Shown here in pieces: positions 12,739-25,000 of a DNA stretch of 64,000 bases. Source of the stretch: Somniosus microcephalus (taxonomy: Eukaryota); contig CM126204.1 of the NCBI GenBank assembly GCA_052327205.1, positions 74,400,001-74,464,000 of the forward strand, in the 5' to 3' direction. The notes below the pieces were generated by a model. It saw nothing but the letters and a program-made list of their open reading frames with translations, did not search any database and had not been told where the DNA came from. The number at the start of each line of letters is the position of its first letter. The stretch's first letter is position 1. A program made the position numbers and the translations under genes.

Positions 12739-13203
12739 AAAGAAAAAGAATGACTTGCACTTATATAGTAGCTTTCACGACCTCCGGACGGCCCAAAGCA
12801 CTTTACAGCCAATGAAGTACTTTATGAAGTGTAGTCATTGTTGTAATGAAGGAAGCCAATTTGTTCAGAGCAAGCTCCCACAAACAGCAATGTGATAATG
12901 ACCAGATAATCTGTTTTTTTATTGATGTTGATTGTGGGATAAATATTGGCCAGGACACCAGGGATAACTCCCCTGCTCTTCTTTGAAATAGTGCCATGGG
13001 ATCTGTTATGTCCATCTGGGAGAGCAGACGGGGCCTCGGTTTAACGTCTCATCTGAAAGACGGCACCTCCGACAGTGCAGCACTCTCTCAGCACTGCACT
13101 GGAGTGTCAGCCTAGATTTTTGTGCTCAAGTCTCTGGTGTTGGACTCGAACCTACAACCTCCTGACTCAGGCAAGAGTGCTACCAACTGAGCCACAGCTG
13201 ACA
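12739..13203 (-). mobile_element. SacSINE1-like Deu SINE, near full length
   Basis: Reverse complement of the 148-580 family, with head tgtcagctgtggctcagttggtagc and a tail ending in a T-rich run. Confidence 0.8.
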
Positions 13204-14446
13204 CTTTTTTTTTCTTTATTCTAACTACAATGCTAAAATCTGTCAATATATGTGATTGTCAAAATCACACCCCTGCTAAACTTTTCTAAGTTGCAATATT
13301 ACCTATGTACTTCCAATCTTCTAATGGTCATAAGGATCTTTTGGAGGTGGGAAAAGGTAAAGGTAAACCAAGCATCTCCTACATAACACCTGGTAATACC
13401 AATGAGTCACATAGGTTATTTTTAAACTGGTGTATTGTGCTGTTTTTGTGCTTTGTTGTTTAGCAGGATGAGAAATGAAAGTCACAGAGGGTTTGTTTGA
13501 ATGTTATCTAAAGATGAAATGAAATATGTAGAGATTTGCGTATATCTGGTAAACTGGATCGAGTGCAAACCAATATGGTGGGTATATTGTGTTTAATCGG
13601 AGTTTAGGATGGAATATAACATTCTAGTAATACAGCAAAACCATACGACCGTGATAAGTAGCTGGTACCAGACCCGATTGGACAGACGGCTGGCGTGCAT
13701 GAACAACTCTTCTTATTCGTCCTCCTTCTTGTCTCACGTGTCTCTCTCTATTTCTCTGAGCTACCCAAGAGTGTTAGACTAGGGTCCACATGTGTCCACT
13801 CTCTGAAGAGTGTTAGACCACCAACTCACTCTTGGGAGCCCTCTGCTTCCCTGTCTGATCTAAGGGCTTTTCGGGTCTTGCTTTTATTCTCTTTTTAGGG
13901 GTGGGCCTGAGGTAGGATATGGACAGGACCATTTAACCTACAAGAGGTTCCCCTTAAAACAAGGTGCCCAATAGCATGTCGAGTTCTTTGTCTAAACTAT
14001 GGGAAAGGGGTCAACCCTCCTGTTATCTCCCACCTGTCAGGGATCTTCTCACAACCATTACACATGCTTTCTGTACTTGACCAATCATAGCCTTACAGCA
14101 TCTTGAGGACTGTCTTCCCTTGTCTCATCCAGCCCTTTCCTTCCAAAGCAATAGTCTCTAATCACATCCTGTCTTGTCCCCCCTGGTGCAGAAAGTGCGT
14201 GTACCAGGCACAGCTTTGGGCCATTAAATCAGAGGCCCAAGCCAGAGCTGTCTTACTCAACCAGCCGCTGTCCAAACTATCTCCCCTTAATCTAACAGAC
14301 TACTCCATCCTGAGATGGTACCTTAACTCCCCTAAATTCCTTCTATTCTATGTCCTTTATACTAATTAACTTTTAATTATCTTCGCAAGCAGTTCTGTTA
14401 AACAAACTCCAAATTCTACCTTAGCATTATAATATGGTTATTAGTA

Positions 14447-16222
14447 ATAGAAACATAGAAGATAGGAGCAGGAGTAGGCCATTCGGCCCCTCGAGCCTGC
14501 TCCGCCATTCAATGAGATCATGGCTGATCATTCGAATTCAGTACCATGTCCCTGCTTTCTCCCAATATCCCTTGATCCCTTTAGCCTTAAGAAATATATC
14601 TAACTCCTTCTTGAATATATTTAATGAATTGGCCTCAACGGCCTTCTGTGGTAGAGAATTCCACAGGTTCACCACTCTCTGGGTGAAGAAATTCCTCCTC
14701 ATCTCTGTCCTAAATGGCATACCCCTTATCCTTAGACTGTGACCCCTGGTTCTGGACTCCCCCGCCATCGGGAACATCCTTCCTGCATCTAGTCTGTCTA
14801 GTCCTGTTAGAATTTTATAAGTTTCAATGAGATCCCCTCTCATTCTTCTAAACTCTAGCGAATACAAGCCCAATCGGCCCAATCTCTCTTCATACATAGA
14901 AACATAGAAAACATAGAAGATAGGAGCAGGAGTAGGCCATTCGGCCCCTCGAGCCTGCTCAGCCATTTAATGAGATCATGGCTGATAATCTAAATTCAGT
15001 ACCCTGTCCTTGCTTTCTCACCATCTCCCTTGATCCCTTTAACCTTAAGAAATATATCGAACTCCTTCTTGAATATATTTAATGAATTGGCCTCAACTGC
15101 CTTCTGTGGTAGAGAATTCCACAGGTTCACCACTCTCTGGGTGAAGAAATTCCTCCTCATCTCTGTCCTAAATGGCTTACCCCTTATCTTTAGACTGTGA
15201 CCCCTGGTTCTGGACTCCTCCGCCATCGGGAATATGTCATTCCTGCCATCCCAGGTATCAGTCTGGTGAATCTTCGCTGCACTCCCTCCATGGCAAGAAC
15301 ATCCTTCCTCAGATAAGGCAACCAAAACTGCACACAATACTCAAGGGGCTAGATTTTCAGTTGCTTGCGCCAGCAGTTAGCGCCTTAAGAGAAGTGATTT
15401 TCGGGCGCTATGCGTGTAGCGCCTGGGCGCAGCGCAGTTTGCGCCCCGCCCCAAATTAAGTTGCCCGTTAGCGCCGGCGCAAAGTTTAGCGGCCGCCCGG
15501 ATGCGCGCGCAGAAAATGACGTCACATCCTCGTGCAACGCCCTTTGGCCGCCCCGAATCCAAACTTCAGTCGGACCGCCCCATTGTGCGGCTGGCGTCCA
15601 GAGCGTTTGTAAAATGGAACGCAACACACCCTGGGGAGCGCAAATTAAAGGGCACTCCTCCTGCACTATATACGGCACTCTGCATGTGTTGTGTAGAAGG
15701 ATCCAGTGTGTGGTTGTGAACGGTGTATTTATGTTTCCGGCCACCATCACCATCACCATCACTCACCATCACCATCACCACCTCCTCCTCCTCCTCCTCC
15801 TCCTCCTCCTCCTCCTCCTCCTCCTCTCCCCCCCAGACTCTGCCTTTGAAAAAAAAAACACATGCACCCTTCCCCTTTAAGAGCTCACTGGCACCAGAGT
15901 GTCTGCCGTGCGCTGCGCCCGAGCTCGGGTGTTGCGCTCTGCACCGCCGGCTTAGCGCCTAAAGATAGTAGTGGAACGCCTCTTTTAGCGCTCCACCAAC
16001 CTCTTAGGGCGAAGCCACTGAATTTCCGGCAACGGGGCGCTAAGGTTAGCGCCCCAAAACTGTCTATACTGAAAATCTAGGCCAAGGTGTGGTCTCACCA
16101 AGGCCCTGTACAACTGCAGCAAGACATCATTGCTCCTGTAGTCGAATCCTCTCGCTATGAAGCCCAACATATCATTTGCCTTCTTAACCGCCTGCTGTAC
16201 CTGCATGCTTACCTTCAGCGAC
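14447..16222 (-). mobile_element. CR1 3' fragment (14447-14894, 15236-15345, 16087-16222) containing a second same-family CR1 3' end (14895-15235)
   Basis: RT C-terminal peptides (GLYSLEFRRMRGDLIE, FFTQRVVNLWNSLP); two (catagaaa)n tails; pieces are collinear with the copy at 48143-49128. Confidence 0.88.
15346..16083. mobile_element. Non-autonomous PIF/Harbinger MITE, 738 bp
   Basis: TIRs gggctagattttcag / ctgaaaatctaggcc; TSD AAG (15343-15345, 16084-16086); removal restores the CR1 sequence caatactcaaggtgtggtctcacc; internal (CAY)n and (CCT)n microsatellites. Confidence 0.9.
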
Positions 16223-16877
16223 TCTCTTCCCTTGTCTCATCCGACCCTTTCCTTCCAAAGCAATAGTCTCTTATCACATCCAGTCTTGGAAGAAACATAG
16301 GTTGGGCCTTCATTGGCCAAATTAAAGACACAGTAACAGAGTCAAAATCCTAAACTTACAAACTCAGACAGCTATCCTGTTGTTAGCTGACAAGGCCATA
16401 CTTTGGACCCCTCTGTGGGATGTAATACATCATTTAATCTAACTAATTCTAATGCAAGTTTCTCCAGGAAAACAAAACTTATACAGTCCCAGTAAAACAT
16501 ATAACTTATACATTAACCCCTTATTTGTCTTGAGCAGAAACACACAATCATTAAAACACAGTACTATTCACGTAGCCATATACACTTTTAGGCACCCCTA
16601 GTTTCTAACAAATATAAATTTCAGGTGAAGAAAATTTGATATTAAGTGACTGCTTTCCATATTTAACTCAAAACCTGAGAGTTGAGATTGAAAAATTAGA
16701 TTCTGTTTTTCTCTATTAAGTCATGCTCACAGGGGACTAGACTTGTGTTATCAGAACTTTTTTCTCAAATTCTGATCCTGTCCTTAGAGTTTTTTTCTCT
16801 AAATATGTGCTTTTATTCACTGCAAAGCCTTTCATATGTAAGATTGTTATCAATGATAATAAAATTCATCTCAATCA

Positions 16878-17885
16878 CATGACATCACTGCAGGAGTTCC
16901 TCAGGGCAGTGTCCTAGGCCCAACCATCTTCAGCTGTTTCATCAATGACCTTCCTTCCGTCATAAGTTCAGAAGTGGGGATGTTCGCTGATGATTGCACA
17001 CTGTTCAGCACCATTCGAGACTCATCAGATACTGACGCAGTCCGTGTCCATATGCAGCAAGACCTGGACAACATTCAGACTTGGGCTGACAAGTGGCAAG
17101 TAACATTCGCACCACACAAGTGCCAGGCAATGACCATCTCCAACAAGCGAGACTCTAACCATCTCCCCTTGACATTCAATGGCATTACCATCGCTGAATC
17201 CCCACTATCAACATCCTGGGGGTTACCATTGATCAGAAACTGAACTGGACCAGCCATATAAATACTGTGGCTACAAGAGCAGGCCAGAGGCTGGGAATTC
17301 TGCGGCGAGTGTCTCACCTCCTGACTCCCCAAAGCCTTTCCACCATCTACAAGGCACAAGTCAGGAGTGTGATGGAATACTCTCCACTTGCCTGGATGAG
17401 TGCAGCTCCAACAACACTCAAGAAGCTCGACACCATTCAGGATAAAGCAGCCCGCTTGATTGGCACTCCATCCACCACCTTCAACATTCACTCCCTCCAC
17501 CACCGGTGCACTGTGGCTCCAGTGTGTACCATCTACAAGATGCACTGCAGCAACTCGCCAAAGCTCCTTCAACAGCACCTTCCAAACCCGTGACCTCTAC
17601 CACTTAGAAGGACAAGGGCAGCAGACGCATGGGAACATCACCACCTACAAGTTCCCCTCCAAGCCACACACCATCCTGACTTGGACCTGTATCGCTGTTC
17701 CTTCACTGTCGCTGGGCCAAAATCCTGGAACTCCCTTCCTAACAGCATTGTGGGTGTACCTACACCATATGGACTGCAGTGGTTCAAGAAGGCAGCTCAC
17801 CACCATCTTCTCAAGGGCAATTAGGGATGGGCACTAAGTGCAGGCCTAGCCAGCCAGCGACGCCCACATCACATCAATGAATAAA
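16878..17885 (+). mobile_element. LINE 3' fragment (CR1/L2 group reverse transcriptase)
   Basis: GVPQGSVLGP, MFADD, YKAQVRSVMEYS motifs; 3' UTR ending aatgaataaa; second copy at 61700-62430. Confidence 0.85.
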
Positions 17886-18059
17886 TTTTTTTTTTTTAAT
17901 TTGACCAATGTAAAATTGGCATTAAATAAAAATACTTGGGATATACTTCACATAATGACAGAGCTCTAAGAATATTTGCAAGATTTTATAAAAACTGTTA
18001 CAGTGAAATATGTTTCATCTGATCTCTTTTTAATAATGTGCTAAATAATTTGCTTCCAG

Positions 18060-18281
18060 GTGAAGTTTGCTGCCCCAACATGCAACAAAATCAAGTCTCC
18101 ATCGGAATTGGGGATTCATGCTGCGGGGGCAACCCATACTTTGAAACGGGGGACCAGATCTGTTGTGCAAATTCACTTCATGATGGTTTTAACCAACAGT
18201 GCTGTGGCAAACAACTAATTAGCAAAGACTTTATATGCTGTGGCAATGAAGAAATAGGAACTGCCTATGAACCCATTACAG
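18060..18281 (+). CDS. USH2A: Usherin coding exon (Cys-rich region; probably human exon 50 equivalent), 222 nt
   Basis: EVCCPNMQQNQVSIGIGDSCCG...QICC...HDG..QCCG...CCGNEE; AG 18058-18059; GTGAG donor 18282; phase 1 to 1. Confidence 0.94.
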
Positions 18282-18400
18282 GTGAGATGCAAAGAAAGCC
18301 GAGAAAAATCATGCACATTTGACAAAGGATAAAAACACTCATTTTTATGGCAATATTGGGATGAAATTCCTGTGTTGCTAATTATAATGGAAACGTGAAA

Positions 18401-18617
18401 ATGATTTACACAGACCAGGTCTGAAATTCCTTGAGAGCTCTCCTGATATCCTGTTTTAAATTTGACAGGACATCAGCAAAAACCCCCAGAGAAATGGCCA
18501 TTTTCAGCCATTTACACCTTTCTGCGGGGGTTCCACTAGCTTTTAGTGATTTGTGTATTGGACCCCAAAATCTCTCTGCTCCTCGACAGTTCCTAACTTC
18601 TCGCTATTTAGAAAATA
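18401..18617. repeat. ~217-bp local duplication, copy 1 (copy 2 = 19318-19455 + 22112-22181)
   Basis: atgatttacacaga...tttgacaggacatcagca...ggggttccacta...agtgatttgtgtattggaccc...gctatttagaaaata is present twice. Confidence 0.85.
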
Positions 18618-19059
18618 GTAGATCAATACACAAGTCAACTGTTCAGTAAAAAAATTAGTGAAAACAGGAATTTCACTCCTTATATAGCAAATAAATCTCC
18701 ACCCAGATTTATTTCACAACAATCAGAATGTTTGCAAGTCTAAAAATGTAATTACAGTGCCTTTCTGGCCAATACAAAGCATATTTGAAAGGAAACATTT
18801 AATTATGCACAAGATAGAAGTTTAAAATGTAGATCCTTTTACAAGTACTGTATAAGATAGCAATTTTGAGAATTCCAACTTTGAAGCATATTTTAATCTC
18901 TTTAATTGATCACATGGGGAAAATTTTCCTCTGTGTGTTAGGTATAGCAAAATCATAAATATGCTCTTTATAAATGTTTGCAGTTTTGCTGCACTTAGCA
19001 TAGAGGAGAAAACTTTCCCTGTTTAAATTTATGATCTTGGCTGCCAGGGGAAAATAAAA

Positions 19060-19150
19060 AAAACACAAATGCTGAAAATCTGAAATAAAAACACTAAATA
19101 CTGGAAATGCACAGCAGATCCATCAGCATCTTAAAAGAGAAAAGATGGTT
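19060..19150 (-). mobile_element. Short Penelope-like terminal remnant
   Basis: atgctgaaaatctgaaataaaacactaaatactggaaat...cagcatc resembles the termini at 60620-60745 and 60993-61194. Confidence 0.5.
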
Positions 19151-19455
19151 AGTATTTCAAGTGTAGAGCCTTGACAGAATTAGAAATTGGATGATGGCAC
19201 TGCACAAAACAGAGGCAGGGGAAGACGAACAACAGGTAAGAGCAAAGTCTAGAATGCTGGGTTTAACGGCCTGCAAACAGGTATTCTAAAAAGCCGAAAA
19301 GAGGTGCAAACTGGTTGATGATTTACACAGATCAGGTCTGAATTTCCTTGTGAACTCTCCTGATCTCCTGTTTTAAATTTGACAGGACATCAGCAGAACC
19401 CCCCAGAGAAGTGGCCATTTTCAGCCATTTACACCTTTCTTTGGGGGTTCCACTA

Positions 19456-22111
19456 ATTCAATTCAATTCACACACACACAGAATCCCCACAGTGCAGATA
19501 GAGGCCATTTCGGCCCATCGAGCCTGCACCGACACATATCCCACCCTATCCCCGTAACCCCACGTATTTAATCCCCTAACACTAAGGGTCAATTTATCAT
19601 AGCCAAATCAACCTAACCCGCACATCTTTGGACTGTGGGAGGAAACCGGAGCACCCGGAGGAAACCCACGCAGACACAGGGAGAATGTGCAAATTCCACA
19701 CAGACAGTCACCCGAGGCCAGATTTGAACCCGGGTCCCTGGCGCTGTGAGGCAACAGTGCTAACCACTATGCCACCGTGCTTCCCATTCAATTCAATTTT
19801 ATTTGTCATATATGCAGCAGACGTGTGTACTGCACAATGAAATGTTGATTTTTACGAGTCCTCCCAACATTGGAATAAATATGGCATAACAATGATAAAA
19901 ATACTAATAGAAATACAGTAATAATAAATAAAACAACAGTAATAAATAATAATAAATTATACGTTCATGAGTCTTATGGCCTGGGGGTAGAAGCTGTTTT
20001 GAAACCTGCTGGTACGAGACCGTATGCTTCGGTATCTCTTACCAGATGGGAGCAGGGCGAAGAGGTTGTGGCTGGGGTGGCTCGCGTCTTTAATGATTTT
20101 TAGGGCCTTCCCCCGGCACACCTCGGGGTAGATATCCTGGACAGCAGGTAGTTTAATTCCTATAGTATGTTGTGCAGCTTTCACCACCATCTGTAGAGCC
20201 TTGCGGTCTGTGGCGGTGCAGTTGCCATACCAGGTAGTGATGCAGCCGGACAGGATACTCTCGATGGTGCACCGGTAGAAGTTGGTGAGAATCTGGGGGG
20301 GCCATTCCAAATTTCTTGAGTCTCCTGAGGAAGAACAGGCATTGGCATGCCTTCTTCGTTACGACGTCGATGTGATGTGACCACGTTAAGTCCTCCGTAA
20401 TGAATACAACCAGGAATTTGAAGCTGCTGACCCTTTCCACCTCAGCCCCTTCGATGTAGATTGGGGTCCACGATCATCTCCTTTGTTTTGCTGATGTTGA
20501 GGGAGAGGTTGTTGTACTTGCACCATTCTGCTAGAGCTCTTACCTCCTCCCTGTAGCCTGTCTCGTCGCCATCTGTAATCAGGCTTACAACGGTAGTGTC
20601 ATCAGCAAACTTGATGATGGAGTTGGGGTTGTGTGTGGCCACGCAATCGTGAGTAAACAGGGAGTACAGAAGGGGGCTGAGCACACAACCCTGGGGAGCT
20701 CCCGTGTTCAGGATCAGTGTTGAGGAGGTGTTACTGCCTATTTTCACCACCTGGGGTCTGCCCGTCAGGAAGTCCAGGATCCAGTTGCATAGGGAGGTGT
20801 TAAGTCCTAGCTCACTGAGCTTGTTGACAAGCTTGGAGGGGATAATGGTATTGAATGCTGAACTATAATCAATGAACAACATTCTCACATAGGTGTTCCT
20901 CTTATCCAGGTGTGATAAGGCAGTGTGCAGTACAGTGGCGATGGCATCATCTCTAGATCTTTTTGGGCGGTAAGCAAATTGGAGTGGGTCCAGTGTGTCA
21001 GTTAGTAAGGAGTTGATGTGGGTTTTGACCAGCCTGTCAAAGCACTTCATGATGACAGAAGTGAGTGCTATGGGGCGGTAGTCGTTTAAACAGGTTACTT
21101 TTGTTTTTTGGGGGACTGGAATAACCGATGTCATCTTGAAGCAGGTGGGGACTACAGACTGGAACAGTGAACGGTTGAATATATCCATAAAGACGGCTGC
21201 CAGCTGGTCAGCGCATGCTCTAAGGACACGCCCAGGGATTCCATCTGGACCGGGTGCTTTGTGGGTGTTCACTCTCTTAAAGTCTTGCTCACGTCAGCCA
21301 CGTAGATTGAGAAGACCCGGTCGTCCTGAGCCGCGGGCGCCCTTGTAACAGGCCAGTTGTTGTTGGCCTCAAACTGGGCGTAAAAAGTGTTAAGCTCGTC
21401 CGGGAGAGAGGCATTGCTGGGCATGACACAGCTGGGTTTCCCTTTGTAGTCCGTAATAGATTGTAGTCCACTCCACATCCTTCGCGAATCTGAGCTATGA
21501 TAGTGTGACTCCACTTTATCCATGTATTGTCTTTTTGCATTTTTGATGGTTTTTCTTAGCTCGTACTTTGATTTCTTGTACTCATCTATGTCCCCAGAGT
21601 TGAATGCGATGGACCGTGTTTTTAGCATAGCACAGATATCGCCATTTACCCATGGTTTCTGGTTGGGAAATGTTCGTACAACAATCCTCGGAACAACGTC
21701 ATCTATGCACTTGTTTATGAAACTAATGACTGAATCTGTATATGTGTTGATGTCATTGTCCGAGGCATTCCGGAACATATCTCAGTCAGTGGAATCAAAA
21801 CAGTCTTGTAACATAGCGTCTGATTGATCCGACCACCATTGTAGAGATCTCATCACAGGCTTTTCCTGTTTCAGTTTCTGCCTATAGGTGGGTAGCAGCA
21901 GGATGGAGTCGTGATCTGATTTGCCGAAGGGAGGGCGGGGGAGGGCCTTGTATCCATCCCGGAACGGAGTGTAAACATGATCTAGTGTGTTCTTGGCTCG
22001 CATTGGGCAGGTGATATGCTGATGGTATTTAGGCAGTACTTTCTTCAGATTGGCTTTGTTGAAATCGCCAGCCACGATGAAGGCAGCCTCTGGATGGGAA
22101 GTTTCAAGCTG
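19456..22111 (-). mobile_element. Rex1/Babar LINE, 5'-truncated (part of APE + RT), (TGAAT)n tail
   Basis: [77 protein letters not shown]...FYPQAIR. Confidence 0.92.
19471..19785 (-). mobile_element. HE1-like V-SINE inserted in the Rex1 tail
   Basis: tRNA-like head gcacggtggcatagtggttagcactg...gggttcaaatc, V-domain tgcgtgggtttcctccgggtgctccggtttcctcccac, CR1-like tail; 10-bp flanking repeat attcaattca (19461-19470, 19786-19795). Confidence 0.88.
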
Positions 22112-22464
22112 AGTGATTTGTGTATTGGACCCAAAAATATCTCTGCTTTTCCACATCTAACTTCTTGCTATTTAGAAAATACTCTGATCTATCTTTCTTA
22201 GCTCCAAAGTGGATGACCTCACACTTCTCCACATTGAACTCCATCTGCCACAGATTTGCCCACTCAGTAATCTATGTCCCTTTGCAACCTTCTGTTCCCA
22301 TGTACACTATTTACTCTGCCACCTAACTTGGTATCGTCAGCAAACTTGGATATACCAGCATGGGAATGGAGCATAGTGTGTGGGACCTAATCAGATGGAG
22401 AAAACTAAATTTAATAAAAATTAACATAGGAAGGAGAACACTCAATAATTCTGTTGACTTAAGA

Positions 22465-25000
22465 CTAATAGTGAGAGGGAGGTAGAGGAGCAAATCTGCA
22501 GGGAAGTCACAGAGATATGCAAGAGTTTATAGAGTGGTGATATTGGGGGACTTTAATTACCCAAATATCGATTGGGATAAAGGGAAAGAACGGGGAGGAA
22601 TTTCTGAAATGTGTTCAGAAGAATTTCCTTGACCAGTATGTTCTTGGCCCAACTAGGAAGGAGGCATTGCTGGATCTGGTGCTGGGGAATGAGGTGGGCC
22701 AGTCGACCAAGCATCTGTGGGAGAACACTTGGGTACGAGTGATCATCGTATCATAAGATTTAGATTAGCAATGGAGAGGAGCAAGGAACAATCTAGAGTG
22801 GAACTTCTAAACTGGAATAGGGCTAACTTCAATGGGATGCAAAAGGATCTAGCCAGGGTAAAATGGAACCAAAGACTGACAGGAAAAACTGTAATGAAAC
22901 AATGGGTGATCTTTAAGGAGGAGATGTTCCAAATACAGGCTAGGTACATTCCAACAAGAGGGAAGGGTAAGGGAACCAAAGCAAGGGCTCTTTGGATGAC
23001 GAGGGAGATTGAGAAGATGATGAAACAAAAAAGAGGGTGTATGATGCATGTCAGGTGAATTCTTCAAGGGAGAACCAGACCAAATACAATAAGTTGAGAG
23101 GGGAAGTGAAGATGAAAATAAGATTGGCAAAGCGAGTATATGAGAGTAGAATGGCGGTTAACGTAAAAGGAAACCCAAAGTCTTTTACCGCATGTAAACA
23201 GTAAGCGGGTAGCAAGAGGCAGGGTGGGGCCTATTAGGGACAAAGAAGGTGATATATGCTTAGAGGCGCAGGGCAAGGCTAGAATACTCAATGAGTACTT
23301 TGTATCGGTGCTTACTAAGGAGGTGGATGCTGACAAAATATCGGTAGAAGTGGAAAAGGTAGAAGCAACGGAAGGGGTAAAAATTGATAGACAGGATGTA
23401 CTAGAAAGGCTGGGTATGCTTAGAGTGGATAAGTCACCTGGTCCAGATGGCTTGCATCCCAGGCTGCGACGGGAATTGGGGGATAAGATAGCAGAAGGGC
23501 TTGCCATAATTTTCCAATCTTCCCTAGATGCGGGGGAGGTGCCTGAGGATTGGAAAGTGGCAAATGTGACACCATTGTTCAAGAAAGGATGCAAGGACAA
23601 TCCTAGTAACAACAGGCCGGTCAGTTTAATATCAGTGGTGGGTAAAGATTTAGGAACAATAATCAAGGAAAAAATTAATGGGCATTTGGAGAGGTTTAAG
23701 TTAATTAAGGAGAGCCAACATGGATTTGTAAAAGGCGGATCGTGTTTGACTAATCTAATTGAATTTTTTGATGAAGTAACAGGGAGGATTGATGAAGAGA
23801 ATACAATGGATGTCGTCTACATAGATTTTAGGAAGTCGTTTGACCAAGTACCACATAGAAGGCTGGTTAGCAAAATTGAGGCTCATGCAATAGGTGGGTC
23901 AGTGGCAGCTTGGATAAGGAATTGGCTGAAGGACAGAACACTGTGAGTTGTGGTAAATGGCAGTTTTTCAGACTGGAGGATGGTAGACAGTGGTGTTCCC
24001 CAAGGGTCAGTGCTGGGGCCACTGCTTTTTTGATATGTATAAATGACCTGGATATTGGAATACAGAGTAGACTTTCTACATTTTACAATGACACCAAACT
24101 TGGGGGTGTGGCAAACATGATGATGATATCAATCGACTGCAACAGGACATAGAAAGGCTAGCAGAATGGGCAGACAAGTGGCAGATCGAATGTAATACAG
24201 AGAAGTGTGAGGTGATGCATTTTGGCAGGAGGAACAGGGAGAGGCAATATACACTTAATGGCACAGTTTTAAAGAATGTGCAGAGACAGAGAGACCTGGG
24301 AGTTAATGTGCATAGGTCCCCGAAGGTGGCGGGACATATTGAGAGAGTGGTTAGCAAAGCATATGGGATCTTGGGCTTCATAAATAGAGGTATTGAGTAC
24401 AAAAGTGGAGAAGTTATGCTGAACCTTTATAAAGCGCTGGTTAGGCCACAACTGGAGTATTGCGTCCAGTTCTGGTCACCACACTTTAGGAAAGATGTGA
24501 AGGCACTTGAGAGGGTGCAGAGGAGATTTACCAGAATGGTTCCGGAGATGGGGGATCTTAGCTATAAGAACAGTTTGGAGAAGCTGGATTTGTTTTCATT
24601 AGAGCAAAGGAGGTTGAGGGGTGATTTGATAGAGGTATACAAGATTATAACGGTTCTGGATAAGCTAGACGGGGAAAGGCTGTTCCCACTAGTTGATGGT
24701 ACAAGGACCAGGGGACACAGATTTAAGGTTTTGGGCAAGCGATACAAGGGGGATGTGAGGGGAAACTTTTTTACGCAGCGAGTGGTGAGGACCTGGAACT
24801 CACTGCTGACGGAAGTGGTGGATGCGGAGACACTCAATGTTTTCAAGGGGAGACTGGATAGGCACTTGAGGGAAATAAACTTGCAGGGCTATGGGGATAG
24901 AGCAGGGGAATGGGACTGACTGGATTGCTCTACAGAGAGCTGACACAGACTCGATGGGCCGAATGGCCTCCTTCTGTGCCGTTATGACTCTATGACTACT
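22465..25000 (+). mobile_element. CR1 LINE, same family as 610-3477, degenerate ORF2
   Basis: Collinear with 950-3477; ORFs 23224-23946 and 24212-24919 encode RT parts; tail gttatgactctatgact. Confidence 0.93.

Larger units (their letters stand above)
13527..16610 (-). mobile_element. Probable solo LTR (~1.3 kb net) interrupted by CR1 and MITE insertions
   Basis: TG...CA termini (tgtagaga / tttctaaca), 4-bp direct repeat AATA (13523-13526, 16611-16614), non-coding; minus-strand ATTGG, AATAAAA and ATTAAA motifs; internal 64-bp repeat at 14113-14176 / 16225-16288. Confidence 0.5.

Noticed and set aside
15385-15962. ORFs with poly-His, poly-Leu or poly-Ser
   Set aside because: Translations of (CAY)n and (CCT)n microsatellites within a GC-rich MITE.
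610-25000. Segmental duplication or LTR pair formed by 950-3477 and 22465-25000
   Set aside because: Similarity stops at the CR1 boundaries, with different 5' truncations and flanks; these are independent insertions.
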